Source of the DNA: Candidatus Parcubacteria bacterium
Lineage (GTDB): Bacteria > Patescibacteriota > Minisyncoccia > Phycocordibacterales > CAIZLB01
Length of the DNA stretch: 64,000 bases
Direction: 5' to 3'
Assembly: GCA_043760135.1 (NCBI GenBank)
Contig: JAYUPL010000007.1
Coordinates: forward strand, 64,106 to 128,105
The notes under the pieces were generated by a model that saw nothing but the letters and a program-made list of their open reading frames with translations, was not told the origin of the DNA and did not search any database. Positions 9,883-19,569 of the stretch are shown here, in pieces; position 1 is the stretch's first letter, and every line of letters starts with the position of its first letter. The position numbers and the translations under genes are program-made.

Positions 9883-10434
9883 TTACAACCCAAAAAACTC
9901 AGCCGACTTTCTATATTCGGCATCAAACAAATTATCCAAAACAGAACTTACTCCCTTACATTGATCGCCAACCATCTTCGTACCTTTTGTATATTCTTTT
10001 CTAATATCTACACTCCAATTTTCTTTTGGATCATTTCTCACACCTCGCATGTTAGATGTTTGATCGCATATTTTTATTCTCTTGATACTATCGCTTTTTG
10101 TTTTTACACGTTCAGCCTGGATAGGTTTTCTTTTGGCTAGTGGCAAATCTTTAATATCATCTTTATCAGTTAATCCATCAACCATGTCAGCCACCTCATT
10201 TCCAAACATGTTTCTAATATCTTCGATTGTGTTAGGTGTATCTTCAACAACATCGTGTAACCAAGCAGCAGCTATTTCAACGTCCGTTCCTCCTGAACAC
10301 CAAACAAGATCAGCCACTTCTTGGAGATGGTGTGATTGTGGTCTTTCAAAACCCCAGATACTTAGACGTTTTCTTTCTTTGTGGGCTTCGAGGGCAAAAT
10401 GCTTAGCTTTCATGATGATGTTTATTTCTTGCAC
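9883..10434 (-). CDS. HD-domain protein, RelA/SpoT-hydrolase (Mesh1/SAH)-like
   Basis: FALEAH...HHLQEVA...AAWLHDVVEDT...IKICDQTSN. Confidence 0.85.
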   Translation of the reverse strand: MQEINIIMKAKHFALEAHKERKRLSIWGFERPQSHHLQEVADLVWCSGGTDVEIAAAWLHDVVEDTPNTIEDIRNMFGNEVADMVDGLTDKDDIKDLPLAKRKPIQAERVKTKSDSIKRIKICDQTSNMRGVRNDPKENWSVDIRKEYTKGTKMVGDQCKGVSSVLDNLFDAEYRKSAEFFGL

Positions 10435-10547
10435 TGGTTGATTATATCATTAATGATATATTTTGACTATATATTACAAATATGCTATAATATATACATA
10501 AGTTTTACAGTCAAAACTTGCAACCAAACCACCAACTGCACCTTATC

Positions 10548-11024
10548 ATGAGCTTATTCTATACTGACCCATCCGTTGTCGATGAGCAAGAAGTCCTCGC
10601 GACCGCCGCTGAGCGCAAATTCATTCCTCCTGATGTGTTCTCCGAAGTCCTCAAATGGCTTCCGATTGCAACATCGGATTTCGTCCTCACTCGTTTTTTT
10701 GGTGGTCGCCGGGAATTCCTCCTTGGCTACCGTGCTGAAGCACCGTTTCAAAACACATGGTTCGTTCCGGGTGGACGGATCAATTGGAGTGAATCTCCAG
10801 ATGTTGCCTGCAAGCGCCATATCAAGCGCGAGCTCGGCATCGAAGACGTGTCACCGGAATTTATTGGACACATAAACGTGATCAATCCGGCAAGCGAAAC
10901 TCGGCCTCTCTGGCATTCAATTTGGCATCTCTATGAAGTTTCAGCCCCGGCCAACATCGAAGTCAAACCGAACAATGAGAATGCGAAAGTTCGGTGGTTC
11001 ACTGGGATTGACCGGACCCTGTAA
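10548..11024 (+). CDS. NUDIX hydrolase (GDP-mannose hydrolase-like), possibly frameshifted at the C-terminus
   Basis: WFVPGGRINWSES...KRELG. Confidence 0.75.
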   Translation: MSLFYTDPSVVDEQEVLATAAERKFIPPDVFSEVLKWLPIATSDFVLTRFFGGRREFLLGYRAEAPFQNTWFVPGGRINWSESPDVACKRHIKRELGIEDVSPEFIGHINVINPASETRPLWHSIWHLYEVSAPANIEVKPNNENAKVRWFTGIDRTL

Positions 11025-11078
11025 GAGAAGCACTTTTTATGCTCGGCTTCGAATAAGAACCTGAGGGTTCGAAAAACA

Positions 11079-11114
11079 AAAACGTCTGCACCAATTACTT
11101 GGTGCAGACGTTTT
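11079..11114. terminator. Intrinsic terminator hairpin downstream of tRNA-Glu
   Basis: AAAACGTCTGCACCAA-ttac-TTGGTGCAGACGTTTT perfect inverted repeat. Confidence 0.8.
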
Positions 11115-11119
11115 ATTTG

Positions 11120-11191
11120 TGACCCCACGGAGAGTCGAACTCCGCTTAACAGATTGAAAACCTGCTGTCCTAACCGATAGACGATGGGGCC
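11120..11191 (-). tRNA. tRNA-Glu(TTC)
   Basis: GGCCCCATCGTCTATCGGTTAGGAC...GCAGG-TTTTCAA-TCTGT...GTTCGACTC; CCA not encoded. Confidence 0.93.
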
Positions 11192-11236
11192 TTATTTATT
11201 TGTTGTATTATAACAACAAATAAAAGATAAAGCAAA

Positions 11237-11554
11237 CTATGATGTTGGCATAGTTTCAATTCCTAATTCTCTTAGATCATTTTCAATTTTAGCTATTTCT
11301 AAATCATATCCAGCAACTATTTTTTCATAGGTTGCTTTGCCTAATTCGTCTTCAGGAGTACCATCCATTTCTAGTTGAAATTTTCTATTCATTGCTTTTT
11401 CTCGAGCAATTTGAAGATCTTTAATTAATAATTCTTGAGACTGTTCAAGGCTCAAGTTTTTTGTGTTTTCCTCACTTGAGTGTAATTTACCTTCAAATGT
11501 TTCAGGATCTGCCCAAACGTCCTGTGGACCTTCATTATTGTTAAAATTTATCAT
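11237..11554 (-). CDS. Hypothetical acidic coiled-coil protein
   Basis: ORF from probable start ATG 11554. Confidence 0.5.
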   Translation of the reverse strand: MINFNNNEGPQDVWADPETFEGKLHSSEENTKNLSLEQSQELLIKDLQIAREKAMNRKFQLEMDGTPEDELGKATYEKIVAGYDLEIAKIENDLRELGIETMPTS

Positions 11555-11627
11555 ACCCTCCATAATACCCCAGAAAACCCCTAAATCCCATTTGCCTCGC
11601 ACAAAACTTTATGCTATATTATGGACC

Positions 11628-11936
11628 ATGTTAAACATAAGACTACAAAGAGTTGGAAGAAAAAACGACTCATCATTCAGACTTGTATTGATCAATTCAA
11701 AGTATGCTGCGAGAAGTGGTAAGGCTATTGAGGTGCTTGGATCTGTTGATTTTCGTAAGAAAACTATAGACAAAGAATCATTCAAAGCTGACAAGATCAA
11801 GGCTTTTATCAAAGATGGTGCTCAAGTATCACCAACAGTATTCAACCTATTTGTTGACGCAGGGATCATGGAGGGTAAAAAGAAAAATGTGTTACCTAAA
11901 AAAACACCTCAAAAGAAAGAAGAATCTAAGAAATAA
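11628..11936 (+). CDS. rpsP: 30S ribosomal protein S16
   Basis: MLNIRLQRVGRKNDSSFRLV...GAQVSPTV. Confidence 0.95.
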   Translation: MLNIRLQRVGRKNDSSFRLVLINSKYAARSGKAIEVLGSVDFRKKTIDKESFKADKIKAFIKDGAQVSPTVFNLFVDAGIMEGKKKNVLPKKTPQKKEESKK

Positions 11937-12027
11937 TCCTAAGGTATAAAAAACGACACTACTATACATTGTGTTGTTTTTTGTTATAATAGAGTTATTA
12001 CCAATAATCAGTAACCAATACAAACAT

Positions 12028-12288
12028 ATGACACAAATAGACGACACACAATTCCTCCTAAATATAATAAAACCTCTTGTTGAAGATCAAGAGAATATTA
12101 AGGTTATCAGGACAGTAGACGAAATGGGTGTTTTGCTAACTCTTGAAGTTAATAAGAACGACATGGGTAAAATCATAGGCCGCGAAGGTTCTACAGCCAA
12201 AGCTATCAGAACACTACTTAGAGTTTTCGGGATGAAAAACAATTCTAGACTAAACCTAAAGATTAACGAGCCTACTGAGACAGCCTAA
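12028..12288 (+). CDS. khpA: KH-domain RNA-binding protein KhpA
   Basis: DMGKIIGREGSTAKAIRTLL; conserved position after rpsP. Confidence 0.9.
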   Translation: MTQIDDTQFLLNIIKPLVEDQENIKVIRTVDEMGVLLTLEVNKNDMGKIIGREGSTAKAIRTLLRVFGMKNNSRLNLKINEPTETA

Positions 12289-12389
12289 ATAGCCATTTTC
12301 TACTCATTGAATAAATTAAAAACAACTCTTTCTTTTCTTGGAAGATGTTGTTTTTATTTGGGGTAGATTATGCTATAGTAACGGGAAAT

Positions 12390-13469
12390 ATGGCATTTAA
12401 TTTCCTCAAATCATTCTCAAAAAATAAGATCTCAAGCGCAAAGGGTCAGGGTATAGGGATAGATCTTGGCACTGCCAACACACTCGTGTACGTTGAAGGA
12501 AAGGGGGTTATTATCAATGAACCTTCAGTTGTTGCTATTAACCAAAAAACGAATCAAGTTGTGGCTGTAGGAAATCAGGCTAAGATCATGCTTGGAAAAA
12601 CACCAAGTCATATTGCAGCTATTAGGCCTTTGGTTGATGGGGTGATTTCTGACTTCGAAGTAACAGAAGAAATGTTGGCTTATTTTATAAAAAAGACTAT
12701 TGAAGTTTTGAAAACATCATCACTGCAATCTGTTGTGATTGGTGTACCATACGGTGTTACAAACGTTGAGAGACGTGCTGTTCGTGATGCTGCCTACAAT
12801 GCTGGAGCTCGATATGTATTTATTATTGAAGAACCGATTGCAGCAGCGATTGGTATTGGTTTACCGATAAAAGAGGCGCAAGGAAATATGGTAATTGATA
12901 TTGGTGGAGGAACTACTGATATTGCTATTATCTCTTTGAGTGGAATCGTTCGTGGTAAAAATATAAAGATTGCCGGTGACAGATTTAATACTGATATCAT
13001 TTCATACATCAGAAATGAGTTTAAGGTTTTGGTAGGTGAGAAGTCTGCCGAACAATTAAAGATGGAATTATCAAACATTATTCCATCTGACCCGGTAAGG
13101 GAGTCGACTATTCGAGGAAGAGATTTAATAACTGGTTTGCCAAAAGAGATTGTTGTTACAGAAGAAGATATACACGATGCTATACATCTATCAGCTGATT
13201 CACTTTTTGAATCAGTGAAAGAGGTTTTAGAATCAACACCACCAGAAGTTCTGTCAGATATTATGGAACATGGTATTTATTTAACAGGGGGAGGTGCCCT
13301 TATCAAAGGATTAGATGAAGCATTGTCAGAATACCTTGGTATTAAAGTTGCCATTGCAGAGGATCCATTAACGGCAGTTGTGCGTGGAACAGGTATGATC
13401 GCATCGAACATAGAATACTATCGTGATATAATTATAGAAAATGAAGATGAATTATCAATCAGGAGATAA
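12390..13469 (+). CDS. mreB: Rod shape-determining protein MreB
   Basis: GIDLGTANTL, DIGGGTTD, LTGGGALIKG. Confidence 0.97.
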   Translation: MAFNFLKSFSKNKISSAKGQGIGIDLGTANTLVYVEGKGVIINEPSVVAINQKTNQVVAVGNQAKIMLGKTPSHIAAIRPLVDGVISDFEVTEEMLAYFIKKTIEVLKTSSLQSVVIGVPYGVTNVERRAVRDAAYNAGARYVFIIEEPIAAAIGIGLPIKEAQGNMVIDIGGGTTDIAIISLSGIVRGKNIKIAGDRFNTDIISYIRNEFKVLVGEKSAEQLKMELSNIIPSDPVRESTIRGRDLITGLPKEIVVTEEDIHDAIHLSADSLFESVKEVLESTPPEVLSDIMEHGIYLTGGGALIKGLDEALSEYLGIKVAIAEDPLTAVVRGTGMIASNIEYYRDIIIENEDELSIRR

Positions 13470-14385
13470 ACTAAAAAACAGATATTTATCAAACGATGCA
13501 TTTACAAGCTTAACTAATAAGTTAGGTGGTAGAAGTATTATAAGTTTAGGAAATAGAAGAAAGCAAAGTGCCTACAAGGTCGCTAATCAAGGGATGAATC
13601 TTTTTGATTACAAGTCTATTATTTATAGAACTTTCGTACTATTATTTTTGTTTATTGTTTGTGTGTATGTAATTCCTCAAACAAGATATTTTGTGCACGG
13701 ACATATTTCACAAAAAATCAGTGCAAATACTGAAAATGTATCTACATATAAAAGTGTTTCAACAGACGTATATGATGTGGCACCAGTATTTTTGAAAACA
13801 GATGAATTCATTGCAAAGCAAAAAGATACACCTGTGGGTGATGGTATTTCTGTATATGATTTTTTCTCTGACTATGTTATGGGTGTGACTGTTGGAAATT
13901 CATCCTCAACAATACATATAAAACTATTTTCTGATGCTGGTTTTAAAAATAATTTTTTGATTGAACAAGATGGTCCGGTACAACCTGCCGCCACAACTCC
14001 ACTGCAAATAGTGGTTGATGACCTAAGCACTACGACTTCAACAACGACTGACAATGTACAAGTACAACCTGAAGTTGTACAAGAAGAAAATCGTACCTAT
14101 CAATCGTATGTTTTTGAAGGTCTTGGGTATGGACAGTTGATTGCCAAGGTACCACCAAAAACTGTAGTTAAAAAAGACTCATATGTGTATATTAGAACTG
14201 TGAGTGGACTAAAGCCGTTTGCTAAAATTATTAACGTTGATGAGGACAACAAATCAACATTTACCATTGTCTACGCTCAGCTTATTGTTTCTCCACAGAA
14301 TATATATAAGGTTACTTTCACCACAAAAGGTACTTCTGTTTTGATAAATCAAAACAAGTCGCAAATAAAATTAAGTCATAAATGA
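13441..14385 (+). CDS. Divergent MreC-like protein
   Basis: Lies between mreB and pbp2; one TM; VGDGISV...MGVTV...IKLFSD. Confidence 0.55.
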   Translation: MKMNYQSGDKLKNRYLSNDAFTSLTNKLGGRSIISLGNRRKQSAYKVANQGMNLFDYKSIIYRTFVLLFLFIVCVYVIPQTRYFVHGHISQKISANTENVSTYKSVSTDVYDVAPVFLKTDEFIAKQKDTPVGDGISVYDFFSDYVMGVTVGNSSSTIHIKLFSDAGFKNNFLIEQDGPVQPAATTPLQIVVDDLSTTTSTTTDNVQVQPEVVQEENRTYQSYVFEGLGYGQLIAKVPPKTVVKKDSYVYIRTVSGLKPFAKIINVDEDNKSTFTIVYAQLIVSPQNIYKVTFTTKGTSVLINQNKSQIKLSHK

Positions 14386-16160
14386 ACAAACATATATCTC
14401 CAGAAGACATATTAATTGATCAGTTAAATTTACCCTCATTCGATCACAGTCAATTAGAAGGTCGCATCATAAAACCAATCTCAAATTATATTTTTTATAT
14501 AATTATTTTCGGAGTGTTTGTAGTTTTTGCCTGGTTCTTTTTTAATTCCTACAAATTACAAATAGTGAAGGGTGATTATTATAAAAATAAAGCTGAAAAT
14601 AATCGTTTTGAAACCACGCCAATTTTCTCAGCTCGTGGTGTGATTTACGACAGAAACAAGATTCCTCTTGCATGGAATGAAGAAACCGCGACAACAACAG
14701 AGGCGACGAGTACAGATAATACACAGATCAGAAAATATAAAGAATCAAACGGAATTGGAAATTTGTTAGGTTATATAAAATTTCCCAAAAGAGATAAGAA
14801 TGGATTTTATATCAATAAAGAAGTTGAGACTGTCGGTGGTATAGAAAAATTTTATAATGAGACGCTAAATGGTAAGGCGGGATACTTTTATTCTGAAATA
14901 GATTCTGCTGGTAATTTAATTTCTCAAAATACGGTTGATCTTCCAGAAAATGGAACAGATGTGCACTTAACTGTTGATTATGACATCCAAAAATCTTTAT
15001 TTGAAACATTCAAAAAAGCCGCTCAGGAAAGTGGGTATAACGGAGGCGTGGCACTTATTGCTGATGTTACAAATGGATCTATTTTGGCGGCTGTAACATA
15101 TCCTGATTTTGATTCAAATGTGATGTTTGATGGAACAGATGTTGAAAAAATTACAAAGTATATAAATGATCCGAGAAGTATTTTCTTAAATCGATATGTG
15201 GATGGGTTGTATGCACCTGGATCTGTTGTAAAGCCGATGTTCGCTTTGGCCGGGCTACATGAAGGAGTTGTGACACCAAGGGAGAAAATCCTATCTACAG
15301 GATCACTGATTGTACCGAACCCATACAATCCAGGTCAAAATACAATCTTTAAAGACTGGAAGGCTCATGGTTATACTGATGTACGCGAGGCTATTGCAGT
15401 ATCATCAGATGTGTATTTCTATACTATTGGTGGAGGTGTGCCAGGAAAGAAAGGTTTAGGTATTTCTAAACTTGAAGAATATTCAAAATATTTTGGTTTA
15501 GACAATAGACATACAGATACATTTTTTAATACAAAACAATCGGTTATCCCTACACCTGAATGGAAATTAAAAGCTTTCAATGGCGACATATGGAGACTCG
15601 GAGATACGTACCACTCATCTATTGGACAATACGGATTTTCAGTTTCTCCTATTCAAATCTTAGGGATGACAACAATACTTGCACGTGATGCAAAGGATGT
15701 TCCAGAGTTTAGGGTAAATACTGCGGAACCTGTGAAGTATGTTGAAATTGCTGACAAGTTAAAGAAAATTGATCAAAATTATTTTAACGAAATTTCTGAA
15801 GGTATGAGATTGACGGTTACAGCCGGAACTGCAAAATCTTTGGATTTTGAAGGATTAAAACTGGCTGGTAAAACTGGTACAGCTCAAACAGGAAATCGCA
15901 ACCAGTTTATAAACTCCTGGTTTGTTGGATTTTGGCCGTACACTAACCCAAAATATGCCATAGTGTATATGTTAGAAAAAGGTCCATCGACAAACACAAG
16001 AGGTGCAGCATCTTACTTAAGAGAGTTCTTGCAAGCTTGTTCTGTGTACCAATGTGATTTTGATCATAAGGATAAAAAAGATATCGCAGTACCGGTAACT
16101 GTACCAGTGCCGGGGTTACTTGAAGAAAACGAAGTACTAACAGCTAGTTCAACAGAATAA
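14382..16160 (+). CDS. mrdA: Penicillin-binding protein 2 (class B transpeptidase)
   Basis: RGVIYDRN, PGSVVKP (SxxK), SSDVYFY, GKTGTAQ. Confidence 0.92.
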   Translation: MNKHISPEDILIDQLNLPSFDHSQLEGRIIKPISNYIFYIIIFGVFVVFAWFFFNSYKLQIVKGDYYKNKAENNRFETTPIFSARGVIYDRNKIPLAWNEETATTTEATSTDNTQIRKYKESNGIGNLLGYIKFPKRDKNGFYINKEVETVGGIEKFYNETLNGKAGYFYSEIDSAGNLISQNTVDLPENGTDVHLTVDYDIQKSLFETFKKAAQESGYNGGVALIADVTNGSILAAVTYPDFDSNVMFDGTDVEKITKYINDPRSIFLNRYVDGLYAPGSVVKPMFALAGLHEGVVTPREKILSTGSLIVPNPYNPGQNTIFKDWKAHGYTDVREAIAVSSDVYFYTIGGGVPGKKGLGISKLEEYSKYFGLDNRHTDTFFNTKQSVIPTPEWKLKAFNGDIWRLGDTYHSSIGQYGFSVSPIQILGMTTILARDAKDVPEFRVNTAEPVKYVEIADKLKKIDQNYFNEISEGMRLTVTAGTAKSLDFEGLKLAGKTGTAQTGNRNQFINSWFVGFWPYTNPKYAIVYMLEKGPSTNTRGAASYLREFLQACSVYQCDFDHKDKKDIAVPVTVPVPGLLEENEVLTASSTE

Positions 16161-16164
16161 ATAT

Positions 16165-17352
16165 ATGACAATAGATCAATTTAAAAAAATAAAAATTGAA
16201 GATAGTCCCGGTGTTTATTTTTTTCAAAAAGGAAAAGATATTTTATATATTGGGAAAGCGACTTCGCTCAAAGAAAGAGCGAAAAGTTATTTTTCTAATG
16301 ACCTGATTAAAACTCGAGGTATGCTTTTGGTTGATATGGTTACCAAGGCTGATACGATCAAATTTCAAAAAACAAACTCTGTGTTGGAGGCATTGCTTTT
16401 GGAAACAGAATTGATTAAAAAAAATCATCCACACTACAACACCAAAGAAAAAGATGATAAAAGTTATTCGTACATCGAGATTACTGAAGAGGAATTTCCT
16501 GCTGTAAGAATTGTGCGCGGGCGTAATGTAGAAAATTTAAAAACTGATAATTATTATGGTCCATTTTTATCAACGGTACAGCTCCGTGCCGCTCTGAAAA
16601 TTGTCAGACGCCTCTTTCCTTATCGAGATGAAAAATGTGTGATGGGCAAAAATAGACCATGCTTTAACTACAGTATAGGACTGTGTCCAGGAACTTGTGT
16701 TGATAAGATTTCTGCCAAAGACTATAAAAAACAGATTGAAAAAATAAAATTATTCTTATCTGGAAATACTGACAAAGTTTTAAAAATTCTTTCCAAGGAA
16801 ATGGGGGATTTGGCGAAGAAAAAAGAGTTTGAACAAGCTGCGCTTATTCGAAATAAAATATATGCACTTAATCATATTAACGATATATCTTTGATCAATA
16901 GAGAGTCCACTGAAAATGATGTGCGAATCGAAGCCTATGACATCGCACATATGTCCGGAAAGAATATGATTGGTGTGATGGTTGTGATGGTCAATGGGCA
17001 ATTTCGAAAACATGAGTATAAAAAATTTATTATCCGAGGTCAGGAAACAGCTGATGATGGTCGTGCATTGTATGAAGTACTGACACGTCGCTTTAAACAT
17101 ACGGAATGGGGAATGCCGGATCTTGTAGTAACTGATGGTAATCAAGTTCAACTTGGTATCGCTCAAAAATTTTTTAAAGATTCAGTTTCTATTGTGAAAG
17201 ATAAAAAACATAAAGCCAGGGAAGTGCTCAATGGTGAAATTTTAAAAGAAAAGAATGTTAAGCAGGATGATATCATAAAAATAAATGCAGAAGCACACAG
17301 ATTTGCGATAGGATTTTTTAGAGAGAAATTACGAAAGAGTGCTTTTAAGTAA
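16165..17352 (+). CDS. uvrC: Excinuclease ABC subunit C (short form lacking HhH tail)
   Basis: PGVYFF...LYIGKA (GIY-YIG), UVR domain, RIEAYDIAH, PDLVVTDG. Confidence 0.9.
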   Translation: MTIDQFKKIKIEDSPGVYFFQKGKDILYIGKATSLKERAKSYFSNDLIKTRGMLLVDMVTKADTIKFQKTNSVLEALLLETELIKKNHPHYNTKEKDDKSYSYIEITEEEFPAVRIVRGRNVENLKTDNYYGPFLSTVQLRAALKIVRRLFPYRDEKCVMGKNRPCFNYSIGLCPGTCVDKISAKDYKKQIEKIKLFLSGNTDKVLKILSKEMGDLAKKKEFEQAALIRNKIYALNHINDISLINRESTENDVRIEAYDIAHMSGKNMIGVMVVMVNGQFRKHEYKKFIIRGQETADDGRALYEVLTRRFKHTEWGMPDLVVTDGNQVQLGIAQKFFKDSVSIVKDKKHKAREVLNGEILKEKNVKQDDIIKINAEAHRFAIGFFREKLRKSAFK

Positions 17353-17375
17353 TAAAAATTATATAATAAAAATAT

Positions 17376-18344
17376 ATGCAAAAGTTTTTATTTATTAAAC
17401 CCGCTCACATAGATGATGAAGCAACTCGTTACAACGTGCAGGAAGATATTGTATCGCTCGAACAAACTCTCATAAAGGCGTATAAGGATATTGATATAGA
17501 AATATGTGCAGTAACAGCTGACTCTGAATGGTTAATGCACGGTAGAAAAATTACTCCTGAAATTAAATTAAAAAAATATGACAAGGTGTTTGTGTTTGTA
17601 CACAACATTGACAAGGCTGTTGACAATATAAAAGAAAATACAAAATTGTTTGCAAAGCAGGCTACTTTTCTATACAAGGCTGAGGATGAGATTTTTCATA
17701 ATGCAGAAAAGCTGGAGGAGTTGGTAAGAATAAATAATACTGAAAACTTTAAGATAAAATTCCCCCACCAGATTCATGTGAGCACCAAAGAATATAATGA
17801 AAATGCAACAACCACCAATCAAATAGTTGCTAAGTTCATGAGGCATTTATTTTTACCAATTCACACACTCGAGACAAAACATTCAAAGCATAAGAATCAT
17901 AAAAATATAAACCTTTCGTACAACGCTCAAGAGTTTGTGGAAAACATCGATAGTCTGCGTCACAAATTTGACGAATTAACTTTTCGTGAATATATCGAAG
18001 GGTACCAAGTGTATGTGGCTGTTATTCCTGATTTTAAAGGGGAAGAATTTTATACATTTATTCCACTTATAGAAAAAGATGTAAACGGTATTCCAATGTT
18101 TGAGGTTGCACCACTTTCAATGCTTGAAAAAGAAGGGGTTAGAAATATTGTTAAAAACATTTCTAAAATATCATTTCAGCGCCAACCTGTTGTGTACAAG
18201 CTTTCGGTTCATAAAAAGAGAGGAATCTTTGTTCAACATTCTTCATCATTGTTAACGTATTTGTTGTATTACCCTGACTTTGTATTTGAGTCCGTGGGGT
18301 CTTTAGGGTTGGATATAGAGCAATTTTTGGCGAAGATTTTTTAG
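17376..18344 (+). CDS. Degenerate D-Ala-D-Ala ligase-like (ATP-grasp) protein
   Basis: YDKVFVFVH and FREYIEGYQVYVAVI resemble Ddl segments; HGxxGEDG and ExNxxPG are absent. Confidence 0.45.
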   Translation: MQKFLFIKPAHIDDEATRYNVQEDIVSLEQTLIKAYKDIDIEICAVTADSEWLMHGRKITPEIKLKKYDKVFVFVHNIDKAVDNIKENTKLFAKQATFLYKAEDEIFHNAEKLEELVRINNTENFKIKFPHQIHVSTKEYNENATTTNQIVAKFMRHLFLPIHTLETKHSKHKNHKNINLSYNAQEFVENIDSLRHKFDELTFREYIEGYQVYVAVIPDFKGEEFYTFIPLIEKDVNGIPMFEVAPLSMLEKEGVRNIVKNISKISFQRQPVVYKLSVHKKRGIFVQHSSSLLTYLLYYPDFVFESVGSLGLDIEQFLAKIF

Positions 18345-18360
18345 AAATAATTAATCTTTT

Positions 18361-18405
18361 CTTTCAGATTTCTTTATGAGAACTTTATAAGGTGTTTGGT
18401 AGGAT
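18361..18405 (+). promoter_or_regulatory. Triple direct-repeat promoter, copy 2
   Basis: CTTTCA-gattt-CTTTAT-gagaa-CTTTAT-11nt-TAGGAT-6nt-ATG. Confidence 0.75.
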
Positions 18406-18411
18406 TATTGG

Positions 18412-18774
18412 ATGAATGAAAATAACACAGACAAAGAAAAAGATTTAATTGTAAAACTAGGTGAAATATTTTGGTGCTATTTGGGTGTAAACGTTGGTTC
18501 AGAACAAAACGGAAGTGGAACTGATAAAACTAGGCCAGTATTAATTATTAATAAGTTTTCAGAGAAATTTTTTCTCGGAGCACCATTGACTAGTAAAAAA
18601 CATAAAGGCGATTGGTATGTAAAAATATCCTTTAATGATTCCTGTGTAATATTAAATCAAGTTAGGCCTATTGATATAAAAAGATTAATAGATAAAGTTG
18701 GGCAAATATCCGAAGAAGATCTAGAAAATATTTTATATAAATATGTTGATCTTATAAAACACAAAAAACACTAA
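18412..18774 (+). CDS. PemK/MazF-family endoribonuclease toxin, no adjacent protein antitoxin
   Basis: GEIFWCYLGVNVGSEQNG...RPVLII...APLTSK...LNQVRPIDIKRL. Confidence 0.88.
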   Translation: MNENNTDKEKDLIVKLGEIFWCYLGVNVGSEQNGSGTDKTRPVLIINKFSEKFFLGAPLTSKKHKGDWYVKISFNDSCVILNQVRPIDIKRLIDKVGQISEEDLENILYKYVDLIKHKKH

Positions 18775-18846
18775 ATAAATAGTGTTTTTTGAGCTAAACA
18801 AAAGTATTTTCATACTTTCGGCTGGGTAGTCGACCCCGAAACTGTA
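18762..18846 (-). ncRNA. Putative structured small RNA convergent on PemK, ending in the shared terminator
   Basis: TTGACA(18879-74)-16-TAAAAT(18857-52); UUUCGG/CCGAAA stem, GUAU-GAAA-AUAC hairpin; terminator 18762-18791 overlaps the toxin stop. Confidence 0.6.
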
Positions 18847-18892
18847 GCTTCATTTTAGCAAATAAGTTTAACTTGTCAAATTTATATAAATC

Positions 18893-18945
18893 GTCACTCG
18901 ACCAAAGTCGAAAGGATTGATAAAACTTCAACCCTCAAAGGTGAT
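18893..18945 (-). ncRNA. Second tandem putative small RNA
   Basis: TTGACA(18976-71)-16-TACAAT(18954-49); GGGUUGA/UCAAUCC and UCGAC-uuug-GUCGA hairpins closed by UCAC/GUGA. Confidence 0.55.
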
Positions 18946-19017
18946 ATTATTGTACCAAAAATATAATCTCTGTCAAACCTCGAAAAACCAATAAATCTAT
19001 GCTAAAATATTGTCTAT

Positions 19018-19569
19018 ATGTCATACAATTTTTCAAATTTCCTTACAAAAGCTAAATCCATAGAAGCTTGGCTACAAAACGAATATCAAAACATCAGAAC
19101 AGGTAGAGCATCAACAGCTTTTCTTGATCAAGTTCGTGTAGAATCATATGGAGAGATGGTTCCATTATCAAACGTGGCCTCGATAGGTATAGAAGATGCA
19201 AAATGTATCCGTGTATCTCCGTGGGATGGTGGGCTTATTAAAGCGATAGAAAAAGCTGTGATCGTAGCTGATCTTGGTGTTTCTACAGCCGTTGATGAAA
19301 AGGGTCTTCGTATCATTTTTCCTGATCTAACGGGAGAAAGAAGGATTCAACTTGCTAAACAAGCAAAAGAAAAACTGGAAGATGCTCGTGTATCTCTTCG
19401 TCAAGAAAGAAATGGAGTAAATGATGATTTGAATAATCAAAAGAAAGAAGGAGAGATGTCAGAAGACGACGTTGCAAGAGCTAAAAAAGAATTCGATAAA
19501 CATATGGAAACAGCCATGTCGTCACTCGACACATTATTCGCTAAAAAAGAAAAAGAAATTATAAACTAA
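19018..19569 (+). CDS. frr: Ribosome recycling factor
   Basis: IRTGRAS, PDLTGERR, KKEKEI. Confidence 0.97.
   Translation: MSYNFSNFLTKAKSIEAWLQNEYQNIRTGRASTAFLDQVRVESYGEMVPLSNVASIGIEDAKCIRVSPWDGGLIKAIEKAVIVADLGVSTAVDEKGLRIIFPDLTGERRIQLAKQAKEKLEDARVSLRQERNGVNDDLNNQKKEGEMSEDDVARAKKEFDKHMETAMSSLDTLFAKKEKEIIN

Noticed and set aside
18378-18388. GAACTT as an ECF sigma (sigmaE-type) -35 element
   Set aside because: Not present in copy 1 (GAATAC); the downstream box is sigma70-like; the 11-bp repeat period explains the motif better.
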